IMG/VR virus record: IMGVR_UViG_3300028402_000011
Coordinates: 1 to 30,914 of that record
DNA length: 30,914 nt
Reading direction: 5' to 3' (one strand)
Source: a virus
Taxonomy: Duplodnaviria; Caudoviricetes
In this document: positions 1 through 7,400 of the stretch, piece by piece
Numbering within the stretch: position 1 is the first letter of the stretch
How the letters are laid out: each line of letters starts with the position of its first letter
Position numbers and translations under genes: made by a program
The notes under the pieces: generated by a model
Database searches by the model: none
Told to the model about the DNA's origin: nothing
The model's input: only the letters and a program-made list of their open reading frames with translations

Positions 1-361
1 GTTGTACGAACGCAAATTCGTCACATTGATGTGAGTTAATTTGGTTTGCTATTATTACATGATTCTCGGCATTAAAAATTTCATATGTATGCTCTAATAC
101 TAAATCTTCAAGTTTGATTATTTTTTGAATAGTATTATAGGAATCTAATACATCTCCTACATTTAAGTCAACTACTTTTATCTCTTTTTTATTAGAAAAA
201 AATCTATGATCGTTAGTTGCTGTTACAAAGCTGTTGTCATCAAAATAAATTTTACGTGAATGCTTATTTGCATTTTCGTTAAATATTACTCCTTCAAAAT
301 CTTCCCACCCGTTAGGTGTTAGTATTTCGTATTCATTATTTGGTATATAGTTTTGATTCAT
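1..361 (-). CDS. terL: Split-intein C-fragment (IntC) fused to the C-terminal part of the large terminase; runs off the window edge
   Basis: Not in the ORF track. Manual translation from ATG at 361: MNQNYIPNNEYEILTPNGWEDFEGVIF...VTATNDHRFF...LNVGD...TYEIFNAENHVIIANQINSHQ|CDEFAFVQ. CDEFAFV completes the T4 gp17-type Walker B motif. Confidence 0.93.
   Translation of the reverse strand, partial: MNQNYIPNNEYEILTPNGWEDFEGVIFNENANKHSRKIYFDDNSFVTATNDHRFFSNKKEIKVVDLNVGDVLDSYNTIQKIIKLEDLVLEHTYEIFNAENHVIIANQINSHQCDEFAFVQ
26..361 (-). other. IntC half of an atypically split intein (112 aa)
   Basis: Block B TxxH (TNDH), a block F/G-like end ANQINSHQ, and a +1 Cys nucleophile (TGT at 25..23). Confidence 0.9.
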
Positions 362-1235
362 AAAATCTTTCCATTAAATGGGCGCCGGAAACAGGTGTTT
401 TATTTTTTAAATCTAACTCAATTAGATTTAAAAAATAAAAGTATTCTTGTCTAGATCGCTTCTCATTATATTTTGAGATAGTCAGTAGCTCATTAAAAGA
501 AATACTGCTAGAGCTATGTTTTGACAAATTATCCTTCCAAGGAATCATTTTTAAGTTATATTTACTTCCTATAAGTAGCGGACTAACTTGATTCTTGTAT
601 CCGTTTATTATCGAAAACATATGATCAATATGATATGCACCTAATGTTCCAGCTAATCCAGTTTTATAGCCTGTTGTTATTTCGGCTCTAAACTGTTCTG
701 TAACATATAAAACAACAGATTTATATCTGTAATATTCGTTGCGGAAACTAGGCTCTAATATTAGTCCCTTTTTTGCCTTTGTTGTGTTACCTTTTACAAT
801 GGCTTTCGAGGCAAGCTGTGAATAACCATTTCGGCCAAACTCATCGATATTTTTCATATGTGTTGCACGAGTCTTTTCGCCTTTTCTTTTATATCCGGAA
901 ACGCCGTTTTCGTCAGTTTCCAATAATACTTTTCTAGATTTTTCTTGACTTATCTCGTACTTAGTTTTTCCTGTTACAGGGTCTACTTGCTGTAAACCTT
1001 TTTTAATATTCTTCTTTCTTGTTTCACTGACACCTCTAACACCCGGATACAACGCATCATATACGTCTACAGTCATACTTAATACCCGTTCAATGTACGA
1101 CGATTTAATCATCGAAACTCGTTCTTGCGAAACCGGACATACTATGTAGTCAATTCCCTCCGATTTATTGACCTGATAGAGATGTGCATTACGTTTGCGA
1201 TTACGTTTTTTAAACTGTTCTATTTTTTTGTTCAT
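336..1235 (-). CDS. Free-standing putative homing endonuclease (HNH-like C-terminus) between the split-intein halves
   Basis: Basic protein with C-terminal YHIDH...NLKMIPWKDNLSK (HNH/HNN-like); AT-rich. Start placed at 1235 (MNKK) because TATAAATA lies 4 nt upstream; the alternative start at 1265 overlaps the TerL-N stop as ATGA. Confidence 0.7.
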   Translation of the reverse strand: MNKKIEQFKKRNRKRNAHLYQVNKSEGIDYIVCPVSQERVSMIKSSYIERVLSMTVDVYDALYPGVRGVSETRKKNIKKGLQQVDPVTGKTKYEISQEKSRKVLLETDENGVSGYKRKGEKTRATHMKNIDEFGRNGYSQLASKAIVKGNTTKAKKGLILEPSFRNEYYRYKSVVLYVTEQFRAEITTGYKTGLAGTLGAYHIDHMFSIINGYKNQVSPLLIGSKYNLKMIPWKDNLSKHSSSSISFNELLTISKYNEKRSRQEYFYFLNLIELDLKNKTPVSGAHLMERFYESKLYTK

Positions 1236-1239
1236 ACAG

Positions 1240-1247
1240 TATTTATA
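1240..1247 (-). promoter_or_regulatory. T4-type late promoter
   Basis: Exact TATAAATA. The 13-mer TATAAATACTGTA is identical to the sheath promoter at 10780-10792. Confidence 0.75.
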
Positions 1248-1261
1248 CAAATGCAAACTTG

Positions 1262-1900
1262 TCATGTGATTATTCTAGCAGCACCAGTAAGTTTACCGTA
1301 CAATTCTGCTAATGTTAATTCTTCTTCTATAAGAGTTTGTTTATTTCTAACCTTAACAGTTGTAGTATCACCGTCTAAACAATACAGTAGTGAAATACTC
1401 ATACCACGACCAGTGTTGCCTGTTGTTGTTTGGCTTACAATACGGCTTCCGTTTTCAAATTCCATTGAGCCTTTATTGTAACTGGTAACACCAGCACGTA
1501 TATGATCTGGACAAGTTTCATACACATAGCGTATACGAGCCATAATTTCCTGAGCACCTGTGTATTTGTGTGCAGCAATTAGTATGGTCTGATCAGGATG
1601 GAACATAGCATACCATACAAGATAGATAGCAGCACAGGTGGTCTTACCTGTTTGTCTAGGCATCATGTTGATGTTGAATCTATAATTGTGATAACTGTGC
1701 ATCAAGCGTAGTTGATACTCATAAGGATCAAACAACAGTTTCCCCTTTACAGGGTGTTGGATGTATGCAAACTGTCTTGCAAAATGTAAATAACCTTCAT
1801 CAGGATCCATACAGGCCAGTAGGTCTGCAATCTGCTGTTCTGTATACGTTTCTTGTTTGTTGGCTTTTTTAATTAGTACGCCGTCTAGTGATTTTGACAT
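1262..1900 (-). CDS. terL: Large terminase N-terminal (ATPase) part fused to a split-intein N-fragment
   Basis: gp17-like: Q motif YEYQ, Walker A MPRQTGKTT, EFENGSRI, GRGMSISLLY. It then switches to intein block A (CLDGDT) and stops 39 aa later. Confidence 0.95.
   Translation of the reverse strand: MSKSLDGVLIKKANKQETYTEQQIADLLACMDPDEGYLHFARQFAYIQHPVKGKLLFDPYEYQLRLMHSYHNYRFNINMMPRQTGKTTCAAIYLVWYAMFHPDQTILIAAHKYTGAQEIMARIRYVYETCPDHIRAGVTSYNKGSMEFENGSRIVSQTTTGNTGRGMSISLLYCLDGDTTTVKVRNKQTLIEEELTLAELYGKLTGAARIIT
1265..1381 (-). other. IntN half of an atypically split intein (39 aa)
   Basis: CLDGDTTTVKVRNKQTLIEEELTLAELYGKLTGAARIIT*: Cys1, block A pattern CLxGDT, and the LAELY helix typical of short IntN fragments. 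Confidence 0.9.
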
Positions 1901-1905
1901 GTATA

Positions 1906-1911
1906 TATTTA
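1906..1911 (-). promoter_or_regulatory. Late-promoter core of terL-N
   Basis: TAAATA 5 nt upstream of the ATG, just downstream of a terminator; no Shine-Dalgarno (SD) sequence. Confidence 0.6.
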
Positions 1912-1914
1912 CTC

Positions 1915-1942
1915 AAAAAAATAGGCTCCGAAGAGCCTATTT
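1915..1942 (-). terminator. Rho-independent terminator with C(UUCG)G tetraloop
   Basis: Minus strand AAATAGGCTC-TTCG-GAGCCTATTTTTTT: perfect stem plus U-tract. Confidence 0.9.
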
Positions 1943-1960
1943 GATATTATCCATTGTAGA

Positions 1961-2224
1961 TTAATCCATACGCTTTTTAGCTTGATTAATACCTTTGGTT
2001 CTCTTAGAATTTCGTCTCTGCATATCCTGTGTGCTTTGACCCGACTTTGCTTGTCTCTTAATATCATCGTCGTTGAAGTCACGATCCATCTTAGCATTTT
2101 TGGTATAACGCTTTGCTAGATCGCTTGATATTTCACTGACTGCTGATTCTTTTTTCTTCGACATACTGTCTTTATATTTCTTTTCAGCATCGTGTTGCAT
2201 TTGTAGTCTTGCGAGTGCTGCCAT
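1961..2224 (-). CDS. Small basic protein, possible internal head protein
   Basis: Likely start MAALARL at 2224, just after the upstream stop. Lys/Arg-rich with VSEISSDLAKRY...KRTKGINQA, resembling repeat units of large-phage internal proteins. Confidence 0.55.
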   Translation of the reverse strand: MAALARLQMQHDAEKKYKDSMSKKKESAVSEISSDLAKRYTKNAKMDRDFNDDDIKRQAKSGQSTQDMQRRNSKRTKGINQAKKRMD

Positions 2225-2228
2225 TGTG

Positions 2229-3467
2229 TTATACTGCTTCGTTAGTTTTCTTTTTAAACTGTGGCGGTACTTCACCTTTTTTAGGCTTGCTTCCGCCTTT
2301 GCCTGCGTCTTTAAGGGCCTTTTTCATTGGCTCTTTTTTGTCGCCGTCCTTGTCAACATCTAGGAAGTCTGGCTTGGCTTTCTTTTCTCTAAGTGCTGCC
2401 ATTAGAGTTTTCTTGATTGCTTCAACCATATCTTCATCACCCGCAGTGCCAGCACGTCTTGCTAATTCGCTCTGTGCTTGCGAATTCTTGCTTCTGATAA
2501 TGTATGTTGTATCATCGTCATTTTCGCTGTAATTTTTCATGCCGCCTGGTGTATTATTTCGCAAGTAATCTTTTGCCATATCACTTACATTTGGAATATC
2601 CGCACTAACTAGAGTTTTAAGATTTTCAATACTCAGCTTATCTATCATATCTTCAATTTTGCGAGTTTCACTACTAGATAATATTGCTTTGTCGCCAAAT
2701 GTTACTTGTAGATGCTTAATAAACTTAGGACTTAGATCAGGTACACCTTCTACAGCCATAGCATTGTCGCCTGGCTGTGCCGCAGCATATGCACCTTTTT
2801 CTCTGTTAAGACCACCACTTAGATCTTTGGTCATGTACTTGTGATCTTGGTATTCTGGGTTTGGCTCGTTGTCGTACTCTTCCAGACCTTCGTTTGAATT
2901 CATAATATCCCACAATGTAGTTGCAATATTATTAGCATTTCTACGATCAACTTCTCGTTGTGCAGATTTGTTTTGTCTAATTAGATTTCTAACTTCTTCG
3001 CTGTTTGTCATCTGAAACAAATCAATTAGATTAGACTCGACTTGCTGAGCAAAAATGCGATGAGCTTGTTCGTCTGGGTTTGTTTCTACACCCTTGGCCA
3101 TTTTTCGAATTTGACCCATAAGTGACTGAGCATCATCGGCTTCATCTAGGCTTTCATCGTCTGTAATAACGTCGCCATAAGCAGCGTCTGCTTCCATCTC
3201 TGGTTCGCTTACGATAGCACGTAGTCTGTCCATGTCTTGACGCATTGGCATAGTTGGTGCTGATACTGGGCCAGCCTGCTCAAGTCCTGCCTGTTGTAGT
3301 AATCTCATAAGATCAGCAACATGATCCATACCGCTGGCATTAAGACTTACGCTTACTGTAACTGGATTGCCTGGGTTTGTTGGTGCTGGTGGCATTGTTC
3401 CACCTTCCATTGGTGGGCATTCTGTTAATCTATCAATTGATTCTATTAGTTTTTTCATATCTGACAT
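2229..3467 (-). CDS. Acidic modular protein, probable prohead core/internal protein
   Basis: Many hydrophobic-x-E sites (LIE, LTE, LDE, LEE, MVE, LRE); C-terminal KPDFLDVDKDGDKKEPMKKA; SD GGGAG upstream. Confidence 0.55.
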   Translation of the reverse strand: MSDMKKLIESIDRLTECPPMEGGTMPPAPTNPGNPVTVSVSLNASGMDHVADLMRLLQQAGLEQAGPVSAPTMPMRQDMDRLRAIVSEPEMEADAAYGDVITDDESLDEADDAQSLMGQIRKMAKGVETNPDEQAHRIFAQQVESNLIDLFQMTNSEEVRNLIRQNKSAQREVDRRNANNIATTLWDIMNSNEGLEEYDNEPNPEYQDHKYMTKDLSGGLNREKGAYAAAQPGDNAMAVEGVPDLSPKFIKHLQVTFGDKAILSSSETRKIEDMIDKLSIENLKTLVSADIPNVSDMAKDYLRNNTPGGMKNYSENDDDTTYIIRSKNSQAQSELARRAGTAGDEDMVEAIKKTLMAALREKKAKPDFLDVDKDGDKKEPMKKALKDAGKGGSKPKKGEVPPQFKKKTNEAV

Positions 3468-3468
3468 G

Positions 3469-4026
3469 TCAGCTCCCTATCGGACTTTTAGTGTTTATCT
3501 TTGTGTCGATGTTACTGGATTCACCGACAGGGGCACCTTCTGCGCCGCTATGTTTGTTTTCTTTCTGTGCCTTTTCAAGTTCTTTGAGCAGATCCATTAC
3601 ACGACTAGCACCCACTGAAGATTGTGCGCTTTCGCCGCCCATGTCTTCTTTGGTTAGTATTGTTTCATATGGATTGTTTTCTTGTGTTTCTTGATAACGC
3701 TCTTGTGGTTCATTTGGATTGCGCACAATAATATGACTCTGCGGTACTGTACAGGATTTCCCTAGGTATTCCTGTAGTACCTGCGTAGTAGTCGGATACT
3801 CTACTTCTGTTTCAAAGTAAGTAACTTCCATGTTCTGTAGCTGTGGGAAATCCAACGGACGTTCCTGTATTGGTGTCTTTTTACCAGAACTTACATTAAT
3901 TAATCCAAATCTCTTTAGAGCAGTTTCCATACGATCTTGGAAACCTTCTGGAAGTTCGCCTGCTACACCTATCTTAAATGGATAGGTTTTTTTAGATTCT
4001 GTTAGTATGTCTTTAAAAGATCTCAT
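3469..4026 (-). CDS. Hypothetical phage protein, possibly head-associated
   Basis: 185-aa ORF. The N-terminus MRSFKDILTES resembles protease-cleaved leaders of head proteins; late promoter upstream. Confidence 0.6.
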   Translation of the reverse strand: MRSFKDILTESKKTYPFKIGVAGELPEGFQDRMETALKRFGLINVSSGKKTPIQERPLDFPQLQNMEVTYFETEVEYPTTTQVLQEYLGKSCTVPQSHIIVRNPNEPQERYQETQENNPYETILTKEDMGGESAQSSVGASRVMDLLKELEKAQKENKHSGAEGAPVGESSNIDTKINTKSPIGS

Positions 4027-4048
4027 TGCGCATTAATCCTATTATGTA

Positions 4049-4552
4049 TTATTTATCTTTGTCTAGTCCTTTAAGACGTTGTAGAAGACTGTTGCGGTCT
4101 GTTACTACATAGCCTTCGCCGTTGATAATGCCGCCTTCGCCGTTGTTGTCTTCTTTGTCTAGCTTTTCTTTTTTGAGTTGTAGTTCTACCATTTTGAGTT
4201 TTTTGTCTAATTTAGCAACCTTAGCATCTAGGCTGGTTTTAAGCATATTGCCTGCTACTTCAAATACTCTGCCTGAATAGCGACTTTCTACATTCATACC
4301 TAGATCCATTAGATCTTCATAAGCAGTAAGAGCACGTTGAGCTATATCGTTTAATTCAGTATCGGCCATTTCTCCCAGGCCCTGTACTGCTGGCAGTGCT
4401 GACGATATTTTGTCAAATTCAGCTATGTCTCTGAAGGTACGTTCTACTTGTTTATCTTTGTACTTTTTTTGATCACGTTCTTGCTTTTCTGCCTGTTTGA
4501 TTATATCTTTAGATTCAGGTAGTCCTAAAAGATCTTCTAGTTTTTTTGTCAT
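4049..4552 (-). CDS. terS: Probable small terminase subunit (gp16-like)
   Basis: Helical core RVFEVAGNMLKTSLDAK followed by a coiled coil and a C-terminal VVTDRNSLLQRLK, paralleling T4-like gp16. Start 4552 (MTKK) or 4564. Confidence 0.65.
   Translation of the reverse strand: MTKKLEDLLGLPESKDIIKQAEKQERDQKKYKDKQVERTFRDIAEFDKISSALPAVQGLGEMADTELNDIAQRALTAYEDLMDLGMNVESRYSGRVFEVAGNMLKTSLDAKVAKLDKKLKMVELQLKKEKLDKEDNNGEGGIINGEGYVVTDRNSLLQRLKGLDKDK
4050..4056 (-). promoter_or_regulatory. Late promoter overlapping the upstream stop codon
   Basis: GATAAATAA encodes D-K-stop and contains ATAAATA. Confidence 0.6.
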
Positions 4553-4577
4553 ATTAACTTCCATTATATGCTACTAT

Positions 4578-4584
4578 TATTTAT
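4578..4584 (-). promoter_or_regulatory. Late promoter overlapping the gp4-like stop codon
   Basis: ATAAATA upstream of the terS-like gene. Confidence 0.6.
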
Positions 4585-5018
4585 CTTTTTCGTCCCTGAT
4601 GGTAGAGGTCCTGTTCAGTAACTATTCTAAAGAATATATTTTTCTGTTTACACCATGCTCTAGCAGCTTCCCACTTGGCTTGATTCAGTACCCAATGTGC
4701 TTGATTGTGCTTGCTGCGTCCAGTACGTTCTTTGACCGCTTGATTTGACGGTTTAACTTCGATTAATTCTACATGAGATTTGCCGCTTTTGTCAGCATAG
4801 GCAATAAAAAAGTCAGGCACATAGATAGTCTGTTTGCCTGTAAAAGGATTACGATATGGGATGCGTATAGCTTCACTAGCCCATTGTGTTACACTGGTAT
4901 GTTCATCACAGAATTTCATAAAGTGAAATTCCCAACCTGATCTATATGTGGGTGTTTTGTTACCCACATACTTTTCAGGATTTTTAAGGTTGAACTTTCC
5001 CTGTGCGAATCTCGACAT
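4581..5018 (-). CDS. gp4: Head completion nuclease (T4 gp4-like, TnsA-type PD-(D/E)xK)
   Basis: GKFNLKNPEKYVG, YRSGWE, WASEAIRIPY, YVPDF, IEVKP, NQAKWEAA. Confidence 0.9.
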   Translation of the reverse strand: MSRFAQGKFNLKNPEKYVGNKTPTYRSGWEFHFMKFCDEHTSVTQWASEAIRIPYRNPFTGKQTIYVPDFFIAYADKSGKSHVELIEVKPSNQAVKERTGRSKHNQAHWVLNQAKWEAARAWCKQKNIFFRIVTEQDLYHQGRKR

Positions 5019-5380
5019 TATACTATTATTTGTCTTTGGTCAAACAGTTGTGTAGCCAGTGGCACTCTATAGCCTATGGTACTGGTTTTTGATCTATTAA
5101 GATTGAGGATCTGTGCTACAATGTTTGATAGCTGTACGTCATTTATACCTTTGAGTGTGTCTATCAATTGAAACACTGTGATCTGATCAACGCTGGCCTG
5201 TTGTAGTAGAATACTTGCTGTGTTCACAGCCGCTATTCTTTCAAAGCCTCTTTTTAAAAAATAACCTATCACAGCATCAACTTCACTGGCTTTGTAAGGT
5301 ATCTGTTGATTAAAGTAGTTGTTGAAAAATTCTTTTGTTAACTCTTTTGTAGTTTCAGTTGTGCTGTCTGATCTTGCCAT
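5018..5380 (-). CDS. Hypothetical protein
   Basis: 120-aa ORF coupled to the gp4-like gene through a TAATG overlap. Confidence 0.7.
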   Translation of the reverse strand: MARSDSTTETTKELTKEFFNNYFNQQIPYKASEVDAVIGYFLKRGFERIAAVNTASILLQQASVDQITVFQLIDTLKGINDVQLSNIVAQILNLNRSKTSTIGYRVPLATQLFDQRQIIV

Positions 5381-5382
5381 GA

Positions 5383-6591
5383 TTAACCTTTTGTACTGTT
5401 AATTGCTTGTTGTGCAAAGCTTGACAATTTTTTGTCGCCACTTCTTATTGAATTTCTTAAATCTGTTTCTATAGCAGATCTAGCGCCTGCGTTAAGACCA
5501 GTAAATGTACTGTAATTAACGCCGTTAACGGTGCCGCTGTTTAGAGATCTGGCTAAGAAACTTTTGTTAGCACTGGGATTAGTAGATAAGCCGCTGATCA
5601 GTGCGTCACTGTTTGATATTCTGCCGCCAAAAGTAGACACAGTGCTGACTGAGCGATCTGCTTGTGTATCCTGTGTAGGTATTAGATACTGCGGTAATGC
5701 ACCTGGTAATCTAGGTCCAGTGTTTTGAATGTTTGATCCTGGGCCTTTGCTGCCACTGTTGCTCATCCTAGACAACAATCCTCTGGGAGTATTTGCAGTG
5801 GGTGTTAGCAGTGTAGGTTCGGCAGTATAAAAACTGCTTAGGCTTTCGTTCCAGTAACCCAGCGGGCTGGGTACATTATCGTAACGTGTTTCTTCACTGG
5901 TAAATCCTGCAGGTTCACTACCGTCGATTTTTCCGTGATCGTATAGTACACCTTCATAGGCTAGTACTATTGAATTTTCCATCATGCCTGCGCCATCGCT
6001 GCTGTCTAGAGTATCGTGTCCCCATTGTGAGATCAGCGGATTAATCAGTGTATAACTGAACCAGTTGCGTCTTGCTAGTTGATATATTTTTATATATTCA
6101 AAGAAAGGAACCTGTGCGCCATTGTCTAGACCGTATTTTGGTACAACAGTACTGTATTTGTCTCTAGGTCTATATGAACCAGTTGACGGATTATTATTAC
6201 CGTCTCTAAAATAATATCTATAATATTCTTCTAACATAGCTCTTGTAAGACCGTTGTTGTCATCATGAAATCTTACTGTTACATCTTGATAATCAATACG
6301 TGTTTGTATATTCTTTTTACGGTTATACTGTTGCTTGTTGTCCACTGTGGCACGGTATTGCGGAAGATCAACAGTTTTAGCAAGAACGCCTATTTCTTTT
6401 CGAAACTTAAAACTGTTACTTGTTGTTGCGTCGCCTATGGCTGCGATAGGCTGGAATACTACGTGATATAAAAATTTAGTTTTGGGGGCTAGCGCAAAGC
6501 TGTGCTCTGTATACAATCTGTGAGCATGACGTGCATCTCTAAGATGTACATCTAGGTCAACATTAATTAGATATGGATCTCGTATGCTCAT
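5383..6591 (-). CDS. Tail-tube-fold baseplate protein (gp54/gp48-like tube initiator) with low-complexity C-terminus
   Basis: KTVDLPQY...QYNRK...IDYQDVTVRFHDD...LINPLI...LAYE follows the tube-protein pattern; directly downstream of the tube gene. Confidence 0.65.
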   Translation of the reverse strand: MSIRDPYLINVDLDVHLRDARHAHRLYTEHSFALAPKTKFLYHVVFQPIAAIGDATTSNSFKFRKEIGVLAKTVDLPQYRATVDNKQQYNRKKNIQTRIDYQDVTVRFHDDNNGLTRAMLEEYYRYYFRDGNNNPSTGSYRPRDKYSTVVPKYGLDNGAQVPFFEYIKIYQLARRNWFSYTLINPLISQWGHDTLDSSDGAGMMENSIVLAYEGVLYDHGKIDGSEPAGFTSEETRYDNVPSPLGYWNESLSSFYTAEPTLLTPTANTPRGLLSRMSNSGSKGPGSNIQNTGPRLPGALPQYLIPTQDTQADRSVSTVSTFGGRISNSDALISGLSTNPSANKSFLARSLNSGTVNGVNYSTFTGLNAGARSAIETDLRNSIRSGDKKLSSFAQQAINSTKG

Positions 6592-6596
6592 ACAAA

Positions 6597-6603
6597 TATT
6601 TAT
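6597..6603 (-). promoter_or_regulatory. Late promoter
   Basis: ATAAATA 5 nt upstream of ATG 6591. Confidence 0.65.
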
Positions 6604-6629
6604 CTGTTGTTATTAACCGGGTAGATAAT

Positions 6630-6660
6630 AAAAAAGCGAGAACCGAAGTCCTCGCCTTTT
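6630..6660 (-). terminator. Rho-independent terminator after the tail tube gene, C(UUCG)G loop
   Basis: Minus strand GGCGAGGAC-TTCG-GTTCTCGCT-TTTTT with G-U pairs. Confidence 0.85.
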
Positions 6661-6683
6661 CGAATAGATACCAACCAATAATA

Positions 6684-7328
6684 TTAGCCAGTAACGCCTG
6701 TGCCGCCAACTGAAGCATTTGTAGCACGAACAACAGGTTCGCCAACTCCAACAAAGTCTTCGTCTGCACCGAACTGTATAGCGTTGTCATAACGAATAGT
6801 TAGAGCAACAGTTACTGGTTCGTTGGTTGCATATGCAAGTGTGTTATAGTTTGCTGATTCAATGTAGCAGCCTACTAAGTGGAAGCGGTCGATAACATTA
6901 GCGCCTGCTGCGCCGTTGCCGCCGTCTAGAATTTCAATTCTAGTTTGGAACTTGTAGCTACCGCTTGATACTGCGCTTGACTGTTCAAAGAAGTCAAACT
7001 GACGTTGTAGCTGCTGACCAACGATTTTTTGTACGTTGTTGTTAGCATCTTCACGTAGATTAAGTGTAACTGGTTCCCATGTGTGCTTACCAGCAAGATA
7101 AGTTCTCGAGTTGTAAGCGTCAATAGTCATCTGTTCAAAAGTTAAGTTAGGACGAGTTACGTCAATAACCTGTCTAGTTATTTCTCTAATACCGTCAGGG
7201 CCGCCTGTGGTTCCAAAATTGTCTAGGAAAACACGGAAGCGATACTGTAGCTTAGGCATCAATAGTGAACTATTTGATCCGCCTGCTTCTGTTGGTACCG
7301 ATATGTTTGTAAGTGTTGTGATTGGCAT
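6684..7328 (-). CDS. gp19: Tail tube protein (gp19-like)
   Basis: Follows the sheath gene; PKLQYRFRV, YLAGKHTWEPVTLNLRED, LTIRYD; SD AGGAG. Confidence 0.85.
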   Translation of the reverse strand: MPITTLTNISVPTEAGGSNSSLLMPKLQYRFRVFLDNFGTTGGPDGIREITRQVIDVTRPNLTFEQMTIDAYNSRTYLAGKHTWEPVTLNLREDANNNVQKIVGQQLQRQFDFFEQSSAVSSGSYKFQTRIEILDGGNGAAGANVIDRFHLVGCYIESANYNTLAYATNEPVTVALTIRYDNAIQFGADEDFVGVGEPVVRATNASVGGTGVTG

Positions 7329-7349
7329 TCTATTCTCCTATTACAGTAG

Positions 7350-7357
7350 TATTTATA
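7350..7357 (-). promoter_or_regulatory. T4-type late promoter of the tube gene
   Basis: Exact TATAAATA. Confidence 0.8.
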
Positions 7358-7363
7358 CGCTTC

Positions 7364-7387
7364 TGGACGGGGTAAAATCCCCGTCCA
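7364..7387. repeat. GC-rich hairpin between sheath and tube genes
   Basis: TGGACGGGG-TAAAAT-CCCCGTCCA, a perfect 9-bp stem; no U-tract on the minus strand. Confidence 0.7.
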
Positions 7388-7400
7388 TTATGTGCGTACA

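Noticed and set aside
362-1264. Stop-codon readthrough or genetic-code reassignment joining TerL-N and TerL-C, which share a reading frame
   Set aside because: The intervening frame contains TGA, TAG and TAA stops, and other genes read normally in the standard code.
336-1265. Group I intron interrupting terL
   Set aside because: The interval is almost entirely endonuclease ORF with no room for a ribozyme core, and intein motifs at both junctions explain the break.
1-1900. Terminase pseudogene, or a contiguous intein broken by assembly errors
   Set aside because: Catalytic motifs are intact, two compensating errors would be needed, and the middle gene has its own promoter. Read-level checking is still advisable.
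4581-5018. TnsA-like transposase indicating a Tn7 element
   Set aside because: Motifs and context match T4 gp4 head-completion protein, and no other tns genes or ends are visible.
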